Assembly (NCBI GenBank): GCA_025353015.1
Contig: JANXRM010000218.1
Span: forward strand, 271 to 64,270
DNA length: 64,000 nt
Direction of reading: 5' to 3'
Source of the DNA: Hyphomicrobiales bacterium
GTDB lineage: Bacteria > Pseudomonadota > Alphaproteobacteria > Rhizobiales > Hyphomicrobiaceae
The notes beneath the pieces were generated by a model, which had not been told where the DNA came from, did no database searches, and saw only the letters and a program-made list of their open reading frames with translations. Positions 17,709 through 28,139 of this stretch are shown one piece after another (positions within the stretch are counted from its first letter, which is position 1; each line of letters begins with the position of its first letter). Position numbers and translations under genes: made by a program.

Positions 17709-18776
17709 TCACTCCTCGCTGGCGCCAAAGCGCTCGGGATCGAGGCCGAGCAGGCTCCATGTCCGTGCCATATGCTCCGGCAGCGGCGCCGTCACATCGA
17801 TTTTTGGCTGGCCCTGCCGCGGATGCGGAATGATCAGGCGGCGGGCGTGGAGATGCAGTTTCATCTCCATGTTCTCGGCTGGCAGTTCCTGGCCGCCTTC
17901 ATATTTGTTATCGCCGACGACGGGATGGCCGATCATCGCCATGTGCGCGCGCAACTGGTGCTGGCGTCCGGTGACGGGTTTCAGCGACACCCAGCACGCT
18001 TTCTGGCCGACGCGATCGATCATGCTGTAATGCGTCGTCGCGTGCATGGCGCGCTCCTGCTCGCCGGGCTCCGCCTTGCGCACCCGGTCGCCATCAGGGC
18101 CTGAGCTTTTCACGAGTGCTGCTTCGACCTTGCCTTGCGGCGGCCGCAGCACACCTTTCAGCAGCGCCCAATAAGTCTTGGCGGCACTTCGCGTCTGGAA
18201 TGTGCGGCCGAGCTTGGCCGCCGCATCCCGCGTTTTGGCCACCAGCAACACGCCTGTCGTATCGCGATCGAGCCGGTGCACGAGACGTGGCCGGTCGCCG
18301 AAATGATCGGTCATGCCCGCCAGCAGTCCGTCGAGATGACGCTTGGTGCCGCTGCCACCTTGGACGGCAATGCCGAACGGCTTGTTGAGCACGACGACGT
18401 CGTCATCCTCGTAAAGGATCATGTTCAGGATGTAATCGCGGTCAGCCTTGCCGATGGCGGGCGGCGGCGGTTTTGCCCCGAACGAGCCGGGGAACGCGCC
18501 AGAACCTTCGCTGCCTTTGCCTGCCCCGGGCTTCTCACGCGCGACTTTGGGTACGCGAATTTCGTGGCCGCTCTCGACGCGGAAATTGGCTTCGACGCGT
18601 TTGGAATCGACGCGCACTTGGCCCGACCGCAGCATCTTCTGCAGATAGCCATGGCCGACATCGGGAAAATGGATCTTGAACCAGCGATCGAGCCGGAGCC
18701 CCGTCTCGTCCCGCTTCACGCGGATGGTTTCGACGGCGTTCTTCGATTTTGTCCCTTGGGAAATCGCATCGGTCAT
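17709..18776 (-). CDS. RluA-family 23S rRNA pseudouridine synthase (RluC/D-like) with N-terminal S4 domain
   Basis: Trimmed to ATG 18776 (MTDAISQG...). It has an S4-like RLDRWF..GYLQKMLRSGQVRVD segment and the catalytic HRLDRDTTGVLLVAK motif. Its start overlaps the crcB stop (ATGA). Confidence 0.8.
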   Translation of the reverse strand: MTDAISQGTKSKNAVETIRVKRDETGLRLDRWFKIHFPDVGHGYLQKMLRSGQVRVDSKRVEANFRVESGHEIRVPKVAREKPGAGKGSEGSGAFPGSFGAKPPPPAIGKADRDYILNMILYEDDDVVVLNKPFGIAVQGGSGTKRHLDGLLAGMTDHFGDRPRLVHRLDRDTTGVLLVAKTRDAAAKLGRTFQTRSAAKTYWALLKGVLRPPQGKVEAALVKSSGPDGDRVRKAEPGEQERAMHATTHYSMIDRVGQKACWVSLKPVTGRQHQLRAHMAMIGHPVVGDNKYEGGQELPAENMEMKLHLHARRLIIPHPRQGQPKIDVTAPLPEHMARTWSLLGLDPERFGASEE

Positions 18777-19165
18777 CGAAGTGCACCACCAAAGCCGGCC
18801 CGCGCAACGGCGACGCCTGCAATTAAAGCCATTAACGACAGGACGACAGAGCCGACCACATAAACCACGAATGGCACGATCTGCTGCCGCTGCATCAGAT
18901 CGACGGCCTCCAGCGAGAACGCCGAAAATGTCGTGAAGCCACCGAGAATGCCCGTTGCCAGGAACGTCCGCCAGGCCAGCGAGCCACCAAGATGGGGCAC
19001 GAGTCCCATGACCACGACGCCCATCAGGAATGAGCCTGTGATGTTGATGACGAACGTCGCCCATGGGAAGCCGGGCGCCATGCACTGCGTGCAAACGACG
19101 TTGACGAGGTACCGCGCGCCAGCGCCGATGGCGCCACCAAGGCTCGCGAGCAGAAAGAGTTGCAT
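18773..19165 (-). CDS. crcB: Fluoride ion channel CrcB/FluC
   Basis: Trimmed to ATG 19165 (MQLFLLASLGGAIGAGARY...). It has 4 TM segments and GFTTFSAFS and INITGSF motifs. Confidence 0.8.
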   Translation of the reverse strand: MQLFLLASLGGAIGAGARYLVNVVCTQCMAPGFPWATFVINITGSFLMGVVVMGLVPHLGGSLAWRTFLATGILGGFTTFSAFSLEAVDLMQRQQIVPFVVYVVGSVVLSLMALIAGVAVARAGFGGALR

Positions 19166-19290
19166 CCAGCGCTCCCAATGAGACCAGCGCACCCTATAGC
19201 GGGTCGCAGGTGGCCACGAAAGGGATATGCCAGGTCGTTAACGTGGCCGACCGCAGCTGCCCGAACGCCTGTCCAGATCCGGCACAGCTA

Positions 19291-19306
19291 TTAATGTTTT
19301 ATTAAC
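19291..19306. promoter_or_regulatory. Candidate CtrA box TTAA-N7-TTAAC
   Basis: TTAATGTTTTATTAAC read directly, in the 164-bp gap upstream of crcB-rlu (minus strand). Confidence 0.3.
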
Positions 19307-19329
19307 TGTTGGCAGAGCTTACCGTCCCA

Positions 19330-19749
19330 TCAGCCCCGTGACGGGCCACGACGGCCGTTCCAGCGAGGTGACGAGATATTGCGGGGCGCCGGCGCATCTT
19401 CTGCTTCGTCGTCGTCCGGCAGCTCTGAGCCTGGTGCCGCGCCGGCACTCGCATTGACGGCTGTTCGCGTCGCAAGCGATACGCCTGTCACGTCGCCGAC
19501 CAACTGCATCCAGCCCTCGGCGCCTGGATGCATTGCTGAAAACCGGGCCTGCGTCTCGGCCTTGGTTTTACCGGTGACGAATTCGCTGTTGGCGAGGTTC
19601 ACCATCACATAGCTGGTTTCCGGCACGCCGCGTGTGGCAAGCGCAGGAGCCAGCCGCTTCAAAATGGCGTTGCCTTCTGTCTCGGCGGTATCAATGCTGG
19701 CCGCAGGTTCGGCTGCGGGCGCAGACTTCGTTTTATCTTTGTCTGTCAT
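19330..19749 (-). CDS. Hypothetical protein (139 aa), acidic low-complexity C-terminus
   Basis: An ORF with protein-like composition (MTDKDKTKSAP...NAILKRLAPALATRGVPETSYVMVNL...). No family recognised. Confidence 0.5.
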   Translation of the reverse strand: MTDKDKTKSAPAAEPAASIDTAETEGNAILKRLAPALATRGVPETSYVMVNLANSEFVTGKTKAETQARFSAMHPGAEGWMQLVGDVTGVSLATRTAVNASAGAAPGSELPDDDEAEDAPAPRNISSPRWNGRRGPSRG

Positions 19750-19886
19750 CCTTGCAGTATCGCATAAAAACAGCCCAAGCGGCGCTTAAACTTTGGTAAC
19801 GGCTTCGGCCGGGACCGGTAGCGGCCATAAACGGTCGAGGCGCCCAGCCATCGCCGGACGCCCCGCAGTTATTCAATTCCCTGCAC

Positions 19887-19942
19887 GTCTTCAATTCAGT
19901 GTCTTCAATTCAGCGTCTTCAATTCAGCGTCTTCAATTCAGT
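19887..19942. repeat. 14-bp tandem repeat x4 (gtcttcaattcag[t/c])
   Basis: Four head-to-tail units at 19887, 19901, 19915 and 19929, plus a partial copy attcaattcc at 19871-19880. The region is intergenic. Confidence 0.9.
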
Positions 19943-19985
19943 GGTTCGTTGCAGCAGCGCCGTACGGAAGCGCGCAATGCCAGTG

Positions 19986-20951
19986 CTACGACAGTTCTGG
20001 CACCACCCAGAAGGCGCTTTCGCCGCGCTTCACGCGCTCCACGTTGTCAAAGGCGTTGCGGAAGCGCGCCACGTGGTTGTCCGAGGTCGGACCGGCGAAA
20101 TGCGCCGTCAACACGACGTTGTCGAGGTTGAAGAGCGGATTGTTCGATGGCGGCGGCTCCTGGTCGAACACGTCGAGACCCGCACCAAAGATTTTCTTCG
20201 CCTCGAGGTGCTTGTGCAATGCCTGCTCGTCGATCACAGGTCCGCGCGAGGTGTTGACGATGATCGCCGTCGGCTTCATCAGTGCCAACTCGGCGGCCCC
20301 GATGATATGTGTCGTCGACTTGTTCAAGGGCGTGTGTAGCGACACGAAATCGGACCGCTTCAGCAATTCCCGCAGCAGGCGGAACTTGACGCCGAGTTGG
20401 TCCTCCTCGTCCTCGGTCAGCCGATTGATGTCGTAATAGTCGACGTTCATGCCGAATGCCTGGGCGCGGCGCGCGACCTTCTTGCCTATGTTGCCGAGGC
20501 CGATGATGCCGAGCGTCTTGTTGTAGAGCTCGTACATCGCAGGCGGCGGGCCGTTACCGCGCCAGCGGCCACCTGATACGCTGGCGTGCTGCCATACGAC
20601 GCGCCGGGCCACAGTCAGCATCAACATCATGGCATGTTCGGCGACCGAGATGGCATTGGCGCCGCCGTTGTTGGAAACGGGAACTTTGGCCCGGCGCGCG
20701 GCTTCGATGTCGACGGCGTCATAACCGGCCGAGAGCAGCTGCACCAGTTTCATTTTCGGTGCCGATTTGTAGAACGCATCACTGAGCTTTACGTGCGGAT
20801 AGCAGACGATGAATTCGGCCGTCGGCAGGGCTGCCTTGAACTCGGCGCTGTCTTCCAGAGCCAGCACCAGCTCCACGCTCGAGGGCGCGATGTCACGCGC
20901 CAGTTGGCCCACCGCCTCGGACGGCGGGACCACAATCATTTTCGGCTTCAT
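19986..20951 (-). CDS. D-isomer-specific 2-hydroxyacid dehydrogenase family protein
   Basis: Trimmed to ATG 20951 (MKPKMIVV...), preceded by AGGAAA. It has the NAD-binding GIIGLGNIGKKVARRA motif and a catalytic R/E/H pattern (TSRG...E...LTAH). Confidence 0.8.
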   Translation of the reverse strand: MKPKMIVVPPSEAVGQLARDIAPSSVELVLALEDSAEFKAALPTAEFIVCYPHVKLSDAFYKSAPKMKLVQLLSAGYDAVDIEAARRAKVPVSNNGGANAISVAEHAMMLMLTVARRVVWQHASVSGGRWRGNGPPPAMYELYNKTLGIIGLGNIGKKVARRAQAFGMNVDYYDINRLTEDEEDQLGVKFRLLRELLKRSDFVSLHTPLNKSTTHIIGAAELALMKPTAIIVNTSRGPVIDEQALHKHLEAKKIFGAGLDVFDQEPPPSNNPLFNLDNVVLTAHFAGPTSDNHVARFRNAFDNVERVKRGESAFWVVPELS

Positions 20952-21172
20952 TGGGGCATTTCCTTTATGGGTCGGCTCGGTTGATGGCATCCAGTCAACG
21001 ATGGCATGGCTTTGCTGTCGAGTGGCTCGGTGACGCTGAACCCCATACCGGCAGAGGCGGGCCGATGCAACACGGCTGTTCGACGAGGATTCCGACGCAG
21101 GGCTCAACTTGCTGCCGACATTGCGGCATGGCAGCATTTACCTGAATGTAGAGCGACCAGACCAGATCTGAC

Positions 21173-22057
21173 ATGGAAGGAAACGCCGTGGAAACGCTGA
21201 AAATCGGTGACGTGACTATCACCAGCATCATCGAGCGGGATGGCCCGTGGCGCAAACCTGCCGACATGTTCCCAGCTTATGATCCTGCTGTCGGCGAGAA
21301 ACATCTGGCTGATCTCGATCCCGTGGTGTTCGACCAGGCCTCGGGCAAAATGGTCATCACCTACCAAACGTTCGTCGTAAAGACGCCGAAACACACCGTC
21401 CTCATCGACACCTGCACGGGCGAGGACAAGGGGCATCCGCCGCCGATGGATTTCCCGAAGCAACCCTGGCTCGACAACTTCAAGAAAGCCGGGCTCTCGT
21501 TCGAGAGCATCACGCATGTGTTCTGCACACATCTGCACATCGACCACACCGGCTGGAACACGATGCTGCGCAACGGCCGCTGGGTGCCGACGTTCCCGAA
21601 CGCCAAATATATCTTCCACAAAGGCGAGTACACCCACTGGGAAGCGACGACCAAGGAAGGCAAAAATCCGCCGGGCACCGTGTGGACGAACAATTGCCGG
21701 CCTATCGTCGAGGCCGGCCAGGCGCTGCTGGTGGACGACACCTATCAGCTCGACGATACCTTCACGCTGACGCCGACCCCCGGCCATTCGCCCTGCCATT
21801 GCTGCGTCAACATCCGCTCCAAGGGCCAAGAGGCGATCGTCACCGGTGATATGATGCACCACGCACTGCAGTGCCGCGAACCCGAGTGGTCGACGATCTT
21901 CGACACCGACCCGAAGCAGGCGGCCGCGTCCCGGCGCACATTCCTGAGCTCGGTGGCCGGGACCGGCAAATTCGTTTTGCCGATCCACTTCCCGAGCCCC
22001 ACGACCGGCCGGATCGAAGCCGACGGCAACCGCTTCAAATACAACTTCGTGCGGTAA
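21173..22057 (+). CDS. MBL-fold metallo-hydrolase (lactonase-like)
   Basis: HLHIDHTGW (HxHxDH) motif and downstream His/Asp ligands (TPGHSP, GDMMHH). Confidence 0.8.
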   Translation: MEGNAVETLKIGDVTITSIIERDGPWRKPADMFPAYDPAVGEKHLADLDPVVFDQASGKMVITYQTFVVKTPKHTVLIDTCTGEDKGHPPPMDFPKQPWLDNFKKAGLSFESITHVFCTHLHIDHTGWNTMLRNGRWVPTFPNAKYIFHKGEYTHWEATTKEGKNPPGTVWTNNCRPIVEAGQALLVDDTYQLDDTFTLTPTPGHSPCHCCVNIRSKGQEAIVTGDMMHHALQCREPEWSTIFDTDPKQAAASRRTFLSSVAGTGKFVLPIHFPSPTTGRIEADGNRFKYNFVR

Positions 22058-22081
22058 GCCAAGCCCGCCGCACGCCGCGCC

Positions 22082-22885
22082 CTATTGCGCGGTCAAGCCA
22101 CCGTCGACGACCATGCCGGATCCCGTCATGAAACCGGCGTCGTCGGAGGCCAGGAACACGATCCCGAGCGCGATGTCCTCGGGCACGCCGAGTCGGCCGA
22201 TTGGGTGCTGCTTCAAAGCGGTCGAACGGGCGCCTTCGACGTCATTGGTGCCGAGCTGCTTGGCACGCGACGCGAACGTCTGTGCGCCCATGTCCGTCTC
22301 GATGACGCCAGGATGAATGGAATTGACGCGGATTTTCCAGCCCTTGCGGCCGAAGGCCAGAGCGCAAGACTTGGTGAAGAGCGTGACGCCGCCTTTCGTC
22401 ATCGAGTAGAGCGGATCGAGCTGCGAGCCGACGATCCCCGCCACCGACGCGAGATTGACGATGGCCGAGCCGTGCCGACTTTTCTGGCCGCGCTCGTTCA
22501 GAGCGGGAGCACAGAGCTTGGTGCCGAGAAACACGCCGGTCATGTTGATAGCGACCAGCTTGTGCCAGTCTTCGAGCGTCGCCTCCATGAAATCCCGGCC
22601 GAGAAACATGCCGGCGTTGTTGACCAGGATATCGAGGCCACCGAACTGCTTGGTAGCGGCGCCGACAGCTGCCGTCCAATTGGCTTCGCTGGTCACGTCG
22701 AGCTTGACGTAGGCAGCTTGACCGCCCGCGGCCTCGATCTCTTTGACGGTTTCCTGCGCGCGCTCTTCGAGGATGTCGCCGATGATGACTTTGGCGCCGG
22801 CCTCGGCCATGCGTCGTGCGGTTTCCGCGCCGATGCCGCGCGCCGCGCCTGAGATAAGCGCAACTTTGTCATCTAATCGGTTCAT
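22082..22885 (-). CDS. SDR family oxidoreductase (classical, hydroxysteroid dehydrogenase-like)
   Basis: Trimmed to ATG 22885 (MNRLDDKVALISGAARGIG...). It has NNAG and YSMTK(x) catalytic motifs. Confidence 0.85.
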   Translation of the reverse strand: MNRLDDKVALISGAARGIGAETARRMAEAGAKVIIGDILEERAQETVKEIEAAGGQAAYVKLDVTSEANWTAAVGAATKQFGGLDILVNNAGMFLGRDFMEATLEDWHKLVAINMTGVFLGTKLCAPALNERGQKSRHGSAIVNLASVAGIVGSQLDPLYSMTKGGVTLFTKSCALAFGRKGWKIRVNSIHPGVIETDMGAQTFASRAKQLGTNDVEGARSTALKQHPIGRLGVPEDIALGIVFLASDDAGFMTGSGMVVDGGLTAQ

Positions 22886-23026
22886 GATGCGTTTCCTGTT
22901 TTCGCTCAAAGCCAGGACCGGAGCCTATGCCGAGGTCCACCCCAAGAAAAGCGTCTTGCATGGTATTGCCGCGTGAACCCGCGCTTCCACCTTGGCCTGT
23001 TGATGGAGACGGCGTAAAACCGCGCC

Positions 23027-23578
23027 ATGACCACAAAGCTTTCCGATCTCGGGTTGGTGCTCGCTGCTGCACATTTTTCCGCGGACAAGCACCGCGATCA
23101 GCGGCGCAAAGGCTCGCGCAACACGCCCTACATCAACCATCCGCTCGAAGTCGCCGAACGCCTCAACCGCATTGGCGGCATCGAGGATGCGACGGTCCTG
23201 GCGGCCGCCATATTGCATGACACGATCGAGGATACGGAGACAACGGCGGCGGAGCTCTCGCGCCTGTTCGGTGCCGACATTGCGGCCTTAGTCGAGGAGG
23301 TGTCCGACGACAAGGACCTGCATTGGAGGGATCGCAAGCGCCTGGAGATAGAGCACTCCGCGCAGGCCTCGCCCGCGGCCCGCCTGATCAAGCTCTCCGA
23401 CAAAACCAGCAACGTCGCGGATACCGTCGCGAACCCGCCGGGCGATTGGACGCTGCAGCGCCGGCGCGACTACCTGACCTTCGCGGAGAAAGTCGCCGAC
23501 GGCTGCCGCGGGCTCAATGGTCAGCTCGACGCCGAGTTCGATCGCATTCTTGCTGAGGCACGAGGCAAGCTGCGATGA
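23027..23578 (+). CDS. HD-domain (p)ppGpp hydrolase-like protein (Mesh1/small alarmone hydrolase type)
   Basis: 183 aa. It has HFSADKHRDQRRKG...PYINHPLEVA and the HD motif AILHDTIEDT, as in the RelA/SpoT hydrolase domain alone. Confidence 0.7.
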   Translation: MTTKLSDLGLVLAAAHFSADKHRDQRRKGSRNTPYINHPLEVAERLNRIGGIEDATVLAAAILHDTIEDTETTAAELSRLFGADIAALVEEVSDDKDLHWRDRKRLEIEHSAQASPAARLIKLSDKTSNVADTVANPPGDWTLQRRRDYLTFAEKVADGCRGLNGQLDAEFDRILAEARGKLR

Positions 23579-23743
23579 GCGGTCGTATTGAGGACAGACC
23601 GTAGGGCGGGCCGATGCACGAGACACGGCACAATAGGCGCAGAGTCCAACCCCGTCGGGTCTCGCGTAGTGCGTCCATGCGGAGCATGGCTCCGCCATGA
23701 CGTTCTGCCCGACCTACACCCGGCTCGTCGGTGTTGCCAGCCA

Positions 23744-25369
23744 TCAGGCGGCCACAGCTGCTTTGGCGCCCGCTTTCACGAGCTTGTAGTTGATCGAGTC
23801 GACGAGGGCTTCGAAGCTTGCGTCGACGATGTTGGGCGACACTCCGACCGTGAACCAACGCTCGCCCGTAGATTTGTCCCGGCTCTCCACGAGCACGCGG
23901 GTTATGGCTTCGGTACCACCCGTTAGGATTCGCACCTTGTAATCGACCAGTTCCACGTCGCGGATGTAATGCTGATAACGGCCGAGATCCTTGCGCAAGG
24001 CGCGATCCAGGGCGTTGACGGGACCATTGCCTTCCGCGACCGACCAGAGCGGCTCGGGATCGCCCGTGATCGACACACGAACTGATGCCTCCGACACCGT
24101 AATCATGCGCCCGACTGCGTTATGGCGCTTCTCGACGATGACGCGGAAACTATCGACCGCGAAAAAATGTGGCACTTCGCCGAGCAGTCGCCGCGCCAGC
24201 AATTCGAACGACGCGTCGGCGCCTTCGTAGGCATAACCTGTCGACTCGCGCGCCTTGACCTCGTCCAGAAGCCGCGTCACCCGGTCGTCGTTTTTCGGCA
24301 ACTCGAGGCCCAGACGTTCCAGCTCGGACAGAATGTTGGAGCGGCCGGCCTGATTGGAAACGAGCACGCGACGCCGATTGCCGACCAACTCGGGTTTCAC
24401 GTGCTCGTAGGTCTCCGGCTCCTTCAGGATCGCCGACGCGTGGATGCCGGCCTTGGTCGCAAAAGCGCTTTCGCCGACGTAGGGCGCTTGCCGGTTGGGT
24501 GCGCGATTGAGGATCTCGTCGAGGATGCGGCTCGCGTGGGTCAGTTTCATGAGCTTCGCCGGCGTCACGCCGATTTCGAAACGGTCAGCGAATTCCGACT
24601 TCAATAGCAGCGTCGGGATGATCGACGTGAGGTTGGCGTTACCGCAGCGCTCGCCGAGGCCATTGAGCGCGCCTTGAATCTGGCGGCACCCGGCACGGAC
24701 GGCCGCGAACGTGTTGGCGACGGCCTGTTCGGTGTCGTTATGCGTGTGGATGCCAAGATGCGACCCCGGCACGACGCGAGCGACCGCTGCGACGATTTCA
24801 GAGATTTCCGAGGGCAGCGTGCCGCCGTTGGTGTCGCACAGCACGACCCACCGCGCGCCATTCTCATAGGCCGTCCGGGCCACTGTCAGCGCGAATTCGG
24901 GATTGGCCTTGTAGCCGTCGAAGAAATGTTCGCAATCGATCAGCGACTGCTTTTGCGCGGCCCGCACGGCCACGACGCTTTCGGCCACACCCTGGACGTT
25001 TTCGGCGTTGGTGATGCCGAGCGCCACGCGCACGTGATAGTCCCAGGCCTTGGCGACGAGGCAAACGGCGCTGGCCGATGACTGCACGACCTGCTGGAAG
25101 CCTGGATCGTTCGCGACCGAGCGGCCGGCGCGCTTGGTCATACCGAAGGCGGTGAAGATCGCATGCGACAGCTTGGGTTTCTCGCGGAAGAACGCCGTGT
25201 CTGTTGCATTGGCGCCGGGATAGCCGCCTTCGATGTAGTCGATCCCGAGATCGTCGAGAACTTCGGAAATGCGGTGCTTGTCGGCCACCGAAAAATCGAC
25301 GCCTTGCGTCTGCGCGCCGTCCCGCAGGGTCGTGTCGAAAAGATAGAGGCGGTCTTTGGGAGCAGTCAT
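23744..25369 (-). CDS. cimA: Citramalate synthase (LeuA/CimA family)
   Basis: Trimmed to ATG 25369 ([23 protein letters not shown]...). It has the HTHND motif and a C-terminal LeuA-dimer regulatory domain. Its start overlaps the cysS stop (ATGA). Confidence 0.8.
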   Translation of the reverse strand: MTAPKDRLYLFDTTLRDGAQTQGVDFSVADKHRISEVLDDLGIDYIEGGYPGANATDTAFFREKPKLSHAIFTAFGMTKRAGRSVANDPGFQQVVQSSASAVCLVAKAWDYHVRVALGITNAENVQGVAESVVAVRAAQKQSLIDCEHFFDGYKANPEFALTVARTAYENGARWVVLCDTNGGTLPSEISEIVAAVARVVPGSHLGIHTHNDTEQAVANTFAAVRAGCRQIQGALNGLGERCGNANLTSIIPTLLLKSEFADRFEIGVTPAKLMKLTHASRILDEILNRAPNRQAPYVGESAFATKAGIHASAILKEPETYEHVKPELVGNRRRVLVSNQAGRSNILSELERLGLELPKNDDRVTRLLDEVKARESTGYAYEGADASFELLARRLLGEVPHFFAVDSFRVIVEKRHNAVGRMITVSEASVRVSITGDPEPLWSVAEGNGPVNALDRALRKDLGRYQHYIRDVELVDYKVRILTGGTEAITRVLVESRDKSTGERWFTVGVSPNIVDASFEALVDSINYKLVKAGAKAAVAA

Positions 25370-26796
25370 CGCTTGATTTCCCAGTTCGTGACGATTTCGC
25401 CTGTTTTCGGATCCTTGGCGTCCTTGATTTCGATTCCCATGCCGATCAGCTCGTCGCGAATGCGGTCGCTTTCCTTGAAATCCTTGGCGCGACGGGCGGC
25501 CAGACGCGCCTCGATCAACTCGCGTATTTTGAGCCGATCGATGCTGGTCGGATCGACGCCGCCGGCAAATACGTCCGGTGCTTCGTTGTCGTAAAGTCCC
25601 AGGAACTGCAGCGAGGCCTTGAGCTGGCCGGCCGCCTCCTTGTTGCGCGCCACGGATTTGGCGATGCCGTGGATGATGGATATGGCGCTCGGCGTGTTGA
25701 GATCGTCGGCCAAGGCTGCGATCACTTCGTCGTGGGGACCGCTGGCGGCCGGCACATCGTGCAGCAACGCCGCGAACTCGGCCAGTGTTGCCTTGGCCCT
25801 GACCATGCGTTCTACAGTCCAGTCGATCGGCTGCCGGTAATGTGAGCCGAGCATGGCGAAACGCAACACGCGGCCATGCCACTGCTGATTGCCAAACGAT
25901 GCATCGGATTTCGGCGCGAGCAGCTGATTGATGGTGATAAAGTTGCCGAGCGATTTCGACATCTTCTCGCCTTCGACCTGCACGAAGCCGTTGTGCATCC
26001 ACACGTTCGCCATCACGGGCGTGCCGTGCGCACAGCGCGATTGGGCCACTTCGTTCTCATGATGCGGGAACACCAGATCGATGCCGCCGCCATGAATATC
26101 GAACACTTTGCCGAGATGCTTGCCGGCCATAGCCGAGCATTCGATGTGCCAGCCTGGCCGGCCCGATGTGGCGATCCCGCAGGGGCTCGGCCAGCCGGGT
26201 TGCGCCGACGTAGAAGGTTTCCAGAGCACGAAATCGGTGACGCCGCGCTTGTAGGGGGCGATGTCGACGCGCGCGCCTGCTTCCATCTCCTCGAGCGGAC
26301 GGTTGGCGAGGCGGCCGTAATCGGGCATGGACGTCGCGTCGAACAACACGTGCTCCTGCGCCACGTAGGCGTGGCCCTTGGCGACCAGCACCTCGCAGAG
26401 CGCCTTCATCTCTTCGATGTGATCGGTCGCGCGCGGCTCGACCGTGGGCTGCAAGACCCCCAACGCGGCGATGTCCCTGTGAAACTGTGCGGCCGTCTCT
26501 TCGGTCAGTTTCCGGATCGCATCGGTCGGTGGCATGTCAGGCCAGCGCTGCACCGCGCGGTCGTTGATCTTGTCGTCGACGTCGGTGATGTTGCGCGCGT
26601 ACGTCACATGGCTGTTGCCATAAACGTGGCGCAGCAGGCGGAACAGCACGTCGAAGACGATAATGGGCCGCGCGTTGCCGATATGCGCCAGATCATAGAC
26701 CGTCGGGCCGCAGACATACATGCGGACGTTCTTTGGGTCGATCGGCTGGAAGGCGTCCTTCTTGCGCGTCAGAGTGTTATAGAGCGTCAACGACAT
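25366..26796 (-). CDS. cysS: Cysteine--tRNA ligase
   Basis: Trimmed to ATG 26796 ([13 protein letters not shown]...). It has the class I HIGN and KMSKS motifs. Confidence 0.92.
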   Translation of the reverse strand: MSLTLYNTLTRKKDAFQPIDPKNVRMYVCGPTVYDLAHIGNARPIIVFDVLFRLLRHVYGNSHVTYARNITDVDDKINDRAVQRWPDMPPTDAIRKLTEETAAQFHRDIAALGVLQPTVEPRATDHIEEMKALCEVLVAKGHAYVAQEHVLFDATSMPDYGRLANRPLEEMEAGARVDIAPYKRGVTDFVLWKPSTSAQPGWPSPCGIATSGRPGWHIECSAMAGKHLGKVFDIHGGGIDLVFPHHENEVAQSRCAHGTPVMANVWMHNGFVQVEGEKMSKSLGNFITINQLLAPKSDASFGNQQWHGRVLRFAMLGSHYRQPIDWTVERMVRAKATLAEFAALLHDVPAASGPHDEVIAALADDLNTPSAISIIHGIAKSVARNKEAAGQLKASLQFLGLYDNEAPDVFAGGVDPTSIDRLKIRELIEARLAARRAKDFKESDRIRDELIGMGIEIKDAKDPKTGEIVTNWEIKR

Positions 26797-27086
26797 AGCG
26801 GCACCTGCAATTGATAAAGTCCTGGGCTTGCCCTGGCCGAGCCGGCGGGCGCTGCGGCTGTGTTCGACTGTATTGGGCAACGGCAGGATCGGGCCGAGGT
26901 GCGGATCGCACGCCGACGATGAGCTGGCTCGCCATCGGAATTGCGCCGCGACATATCTACAGGGACGGCATTGTGGCCGGCCTTGCCATGATCCGTTTCA
27001 CGCCGTGCTTATGCGCCGCAGGGCCAGGATCGGTCAAGCCGTGCGGTGCAAAAGCTCGCGAAATGGTTCAGGCGATATCTGATCAA

Positions 27087-27896
27087 TTAGCTGAATCGCG
27101 CTTCGACCTTGCCGAGCGTGCCAAAGTCGCCGACTGCATGGGTGCCCTGGTCGGCATAGACGATCCCGGTCATCGAGCCGGTCGTCAGGACCTGGCCCTT
27201 ACTCAACGTGAAGCCGCGTTTGGCGACGCTGTTGACCAGCCAGACCAGGGATTTGAAGGGGTGCCCGAGGACAAGGCTGCCCGTTCCTTCGACGACTGTC
27301 TTGCCATCGATGACCAGGCTGGTCTTGTGGGCCGGATAATCGATGCTGCGCCAGTCGGTGACCGGCTTGCCCAGAATGATGCCGCCGTTGACGCCGCAAT
27401 CGGCGAGCGCGGAACCCGGGCTGTCAAAGGGGATCGTCTGGAACCGTGGCGAAATGATCTCGATGGCTGGGATCATGGCATCCATCGCGTCCAGCACTTC
27501 GGCCTCGCTATAGGCCGCGGCCCTGGGCGCGATGTCCCGGCTCACACGGAACGCAAATTCCACCTCGAGGGCGACGCCGGGTTTTGCGACTGCTGCGCCG
27601 CGATGTTCGAAATCTTGCGCCTTCAATGCTGTTGGGCTGGCAAAAACGGTGGACTTGAAAATGGGGCCCAGAAACGGCTCCGTCAGGTGGAATTTCTGCT
27701 GCACAGCTACCCTGGTTGCCCCGGCCTTCCAACCGGCGACCGGCTCGCCCCACTGGGCAATGAACGCTTTCTGCGCCGCATAGCCTTCCTCGGGAGATCT
27801 GGGACGGCAGGCTTCGGGCAATTCGGCCAGGACGTGCCGTTTCCGGCGGGCGTCGACGAGTGCTTTGGCGGCTTGTTCGGAAGCGGGTCCGGTCAT
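27087..27896 (-). CDS. 2-keto-4-pentenoate hydratase / FAH-fold hydratase-decarboxylase family protein
   Basis: Trimmed to ATG 27896. It resembles MhpD/HpcG (GWKAGAT...; C-terminal GxxxxTGSxT...GD). Confidence 0.65.
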   Translation of the reverse strand: MTGPASEQAAKALVDARRKRHVLAELPEACRPRSPEEGYAAQKAFIAQWGEPVAGWKAGATRVAVQQKFHLTEPFLGPIFKSTVFASPTALKAQDFEHRGAAVAKPGVALEVEFAFRVSRDIAPRAAAYSEAEVLDAMDAMIPAIEIISPRFQTIPFDSPGSALADCGVNGGIILGKPVTDWRSIDYPAHKTSLVIDGKTVVEGTGSLVLGHPFKSLVWLVNSVAKRGFTLSKGQVLTTGSMTGIVYADQGTHAVGDFGTLGKVEARFS

Positions 27897-28139
27897 CGTG
27901 GCGTTCCTCAAGGGTTCGGCGGGCGAATCGGCTGGCAAGTAACGGCTGCTAGGAGAGCTTGTGGCGTTCAGCGGATCTGGGCCATGATCGCTGGCCTCGG
28001 GTTGTTATGAACTGTGAACGATCGGGGCTTGCGGGCTGCAACCTCGTTGACCGCATACTCCATCAGCACCATTATCTCGACAAGAACTAGCTTCAGAAGC
28101 TCAAGGGACGGCCCGGCAGGCCGTCCGGAGGCTGCGCGC

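Noticed and set aside
19166-19290. Possible fluoride (crcB-motif) riboswitch upstream of crcB.
   Set aside because: I read the minus-strand leader and could not find the conserved GGxGAUGG...AACCGCC...GCUGAUGAUGCCUAC-type elements. Only a vague CTGC...GGG resemblance is present. A cmsearch with RF01734 would settle it.
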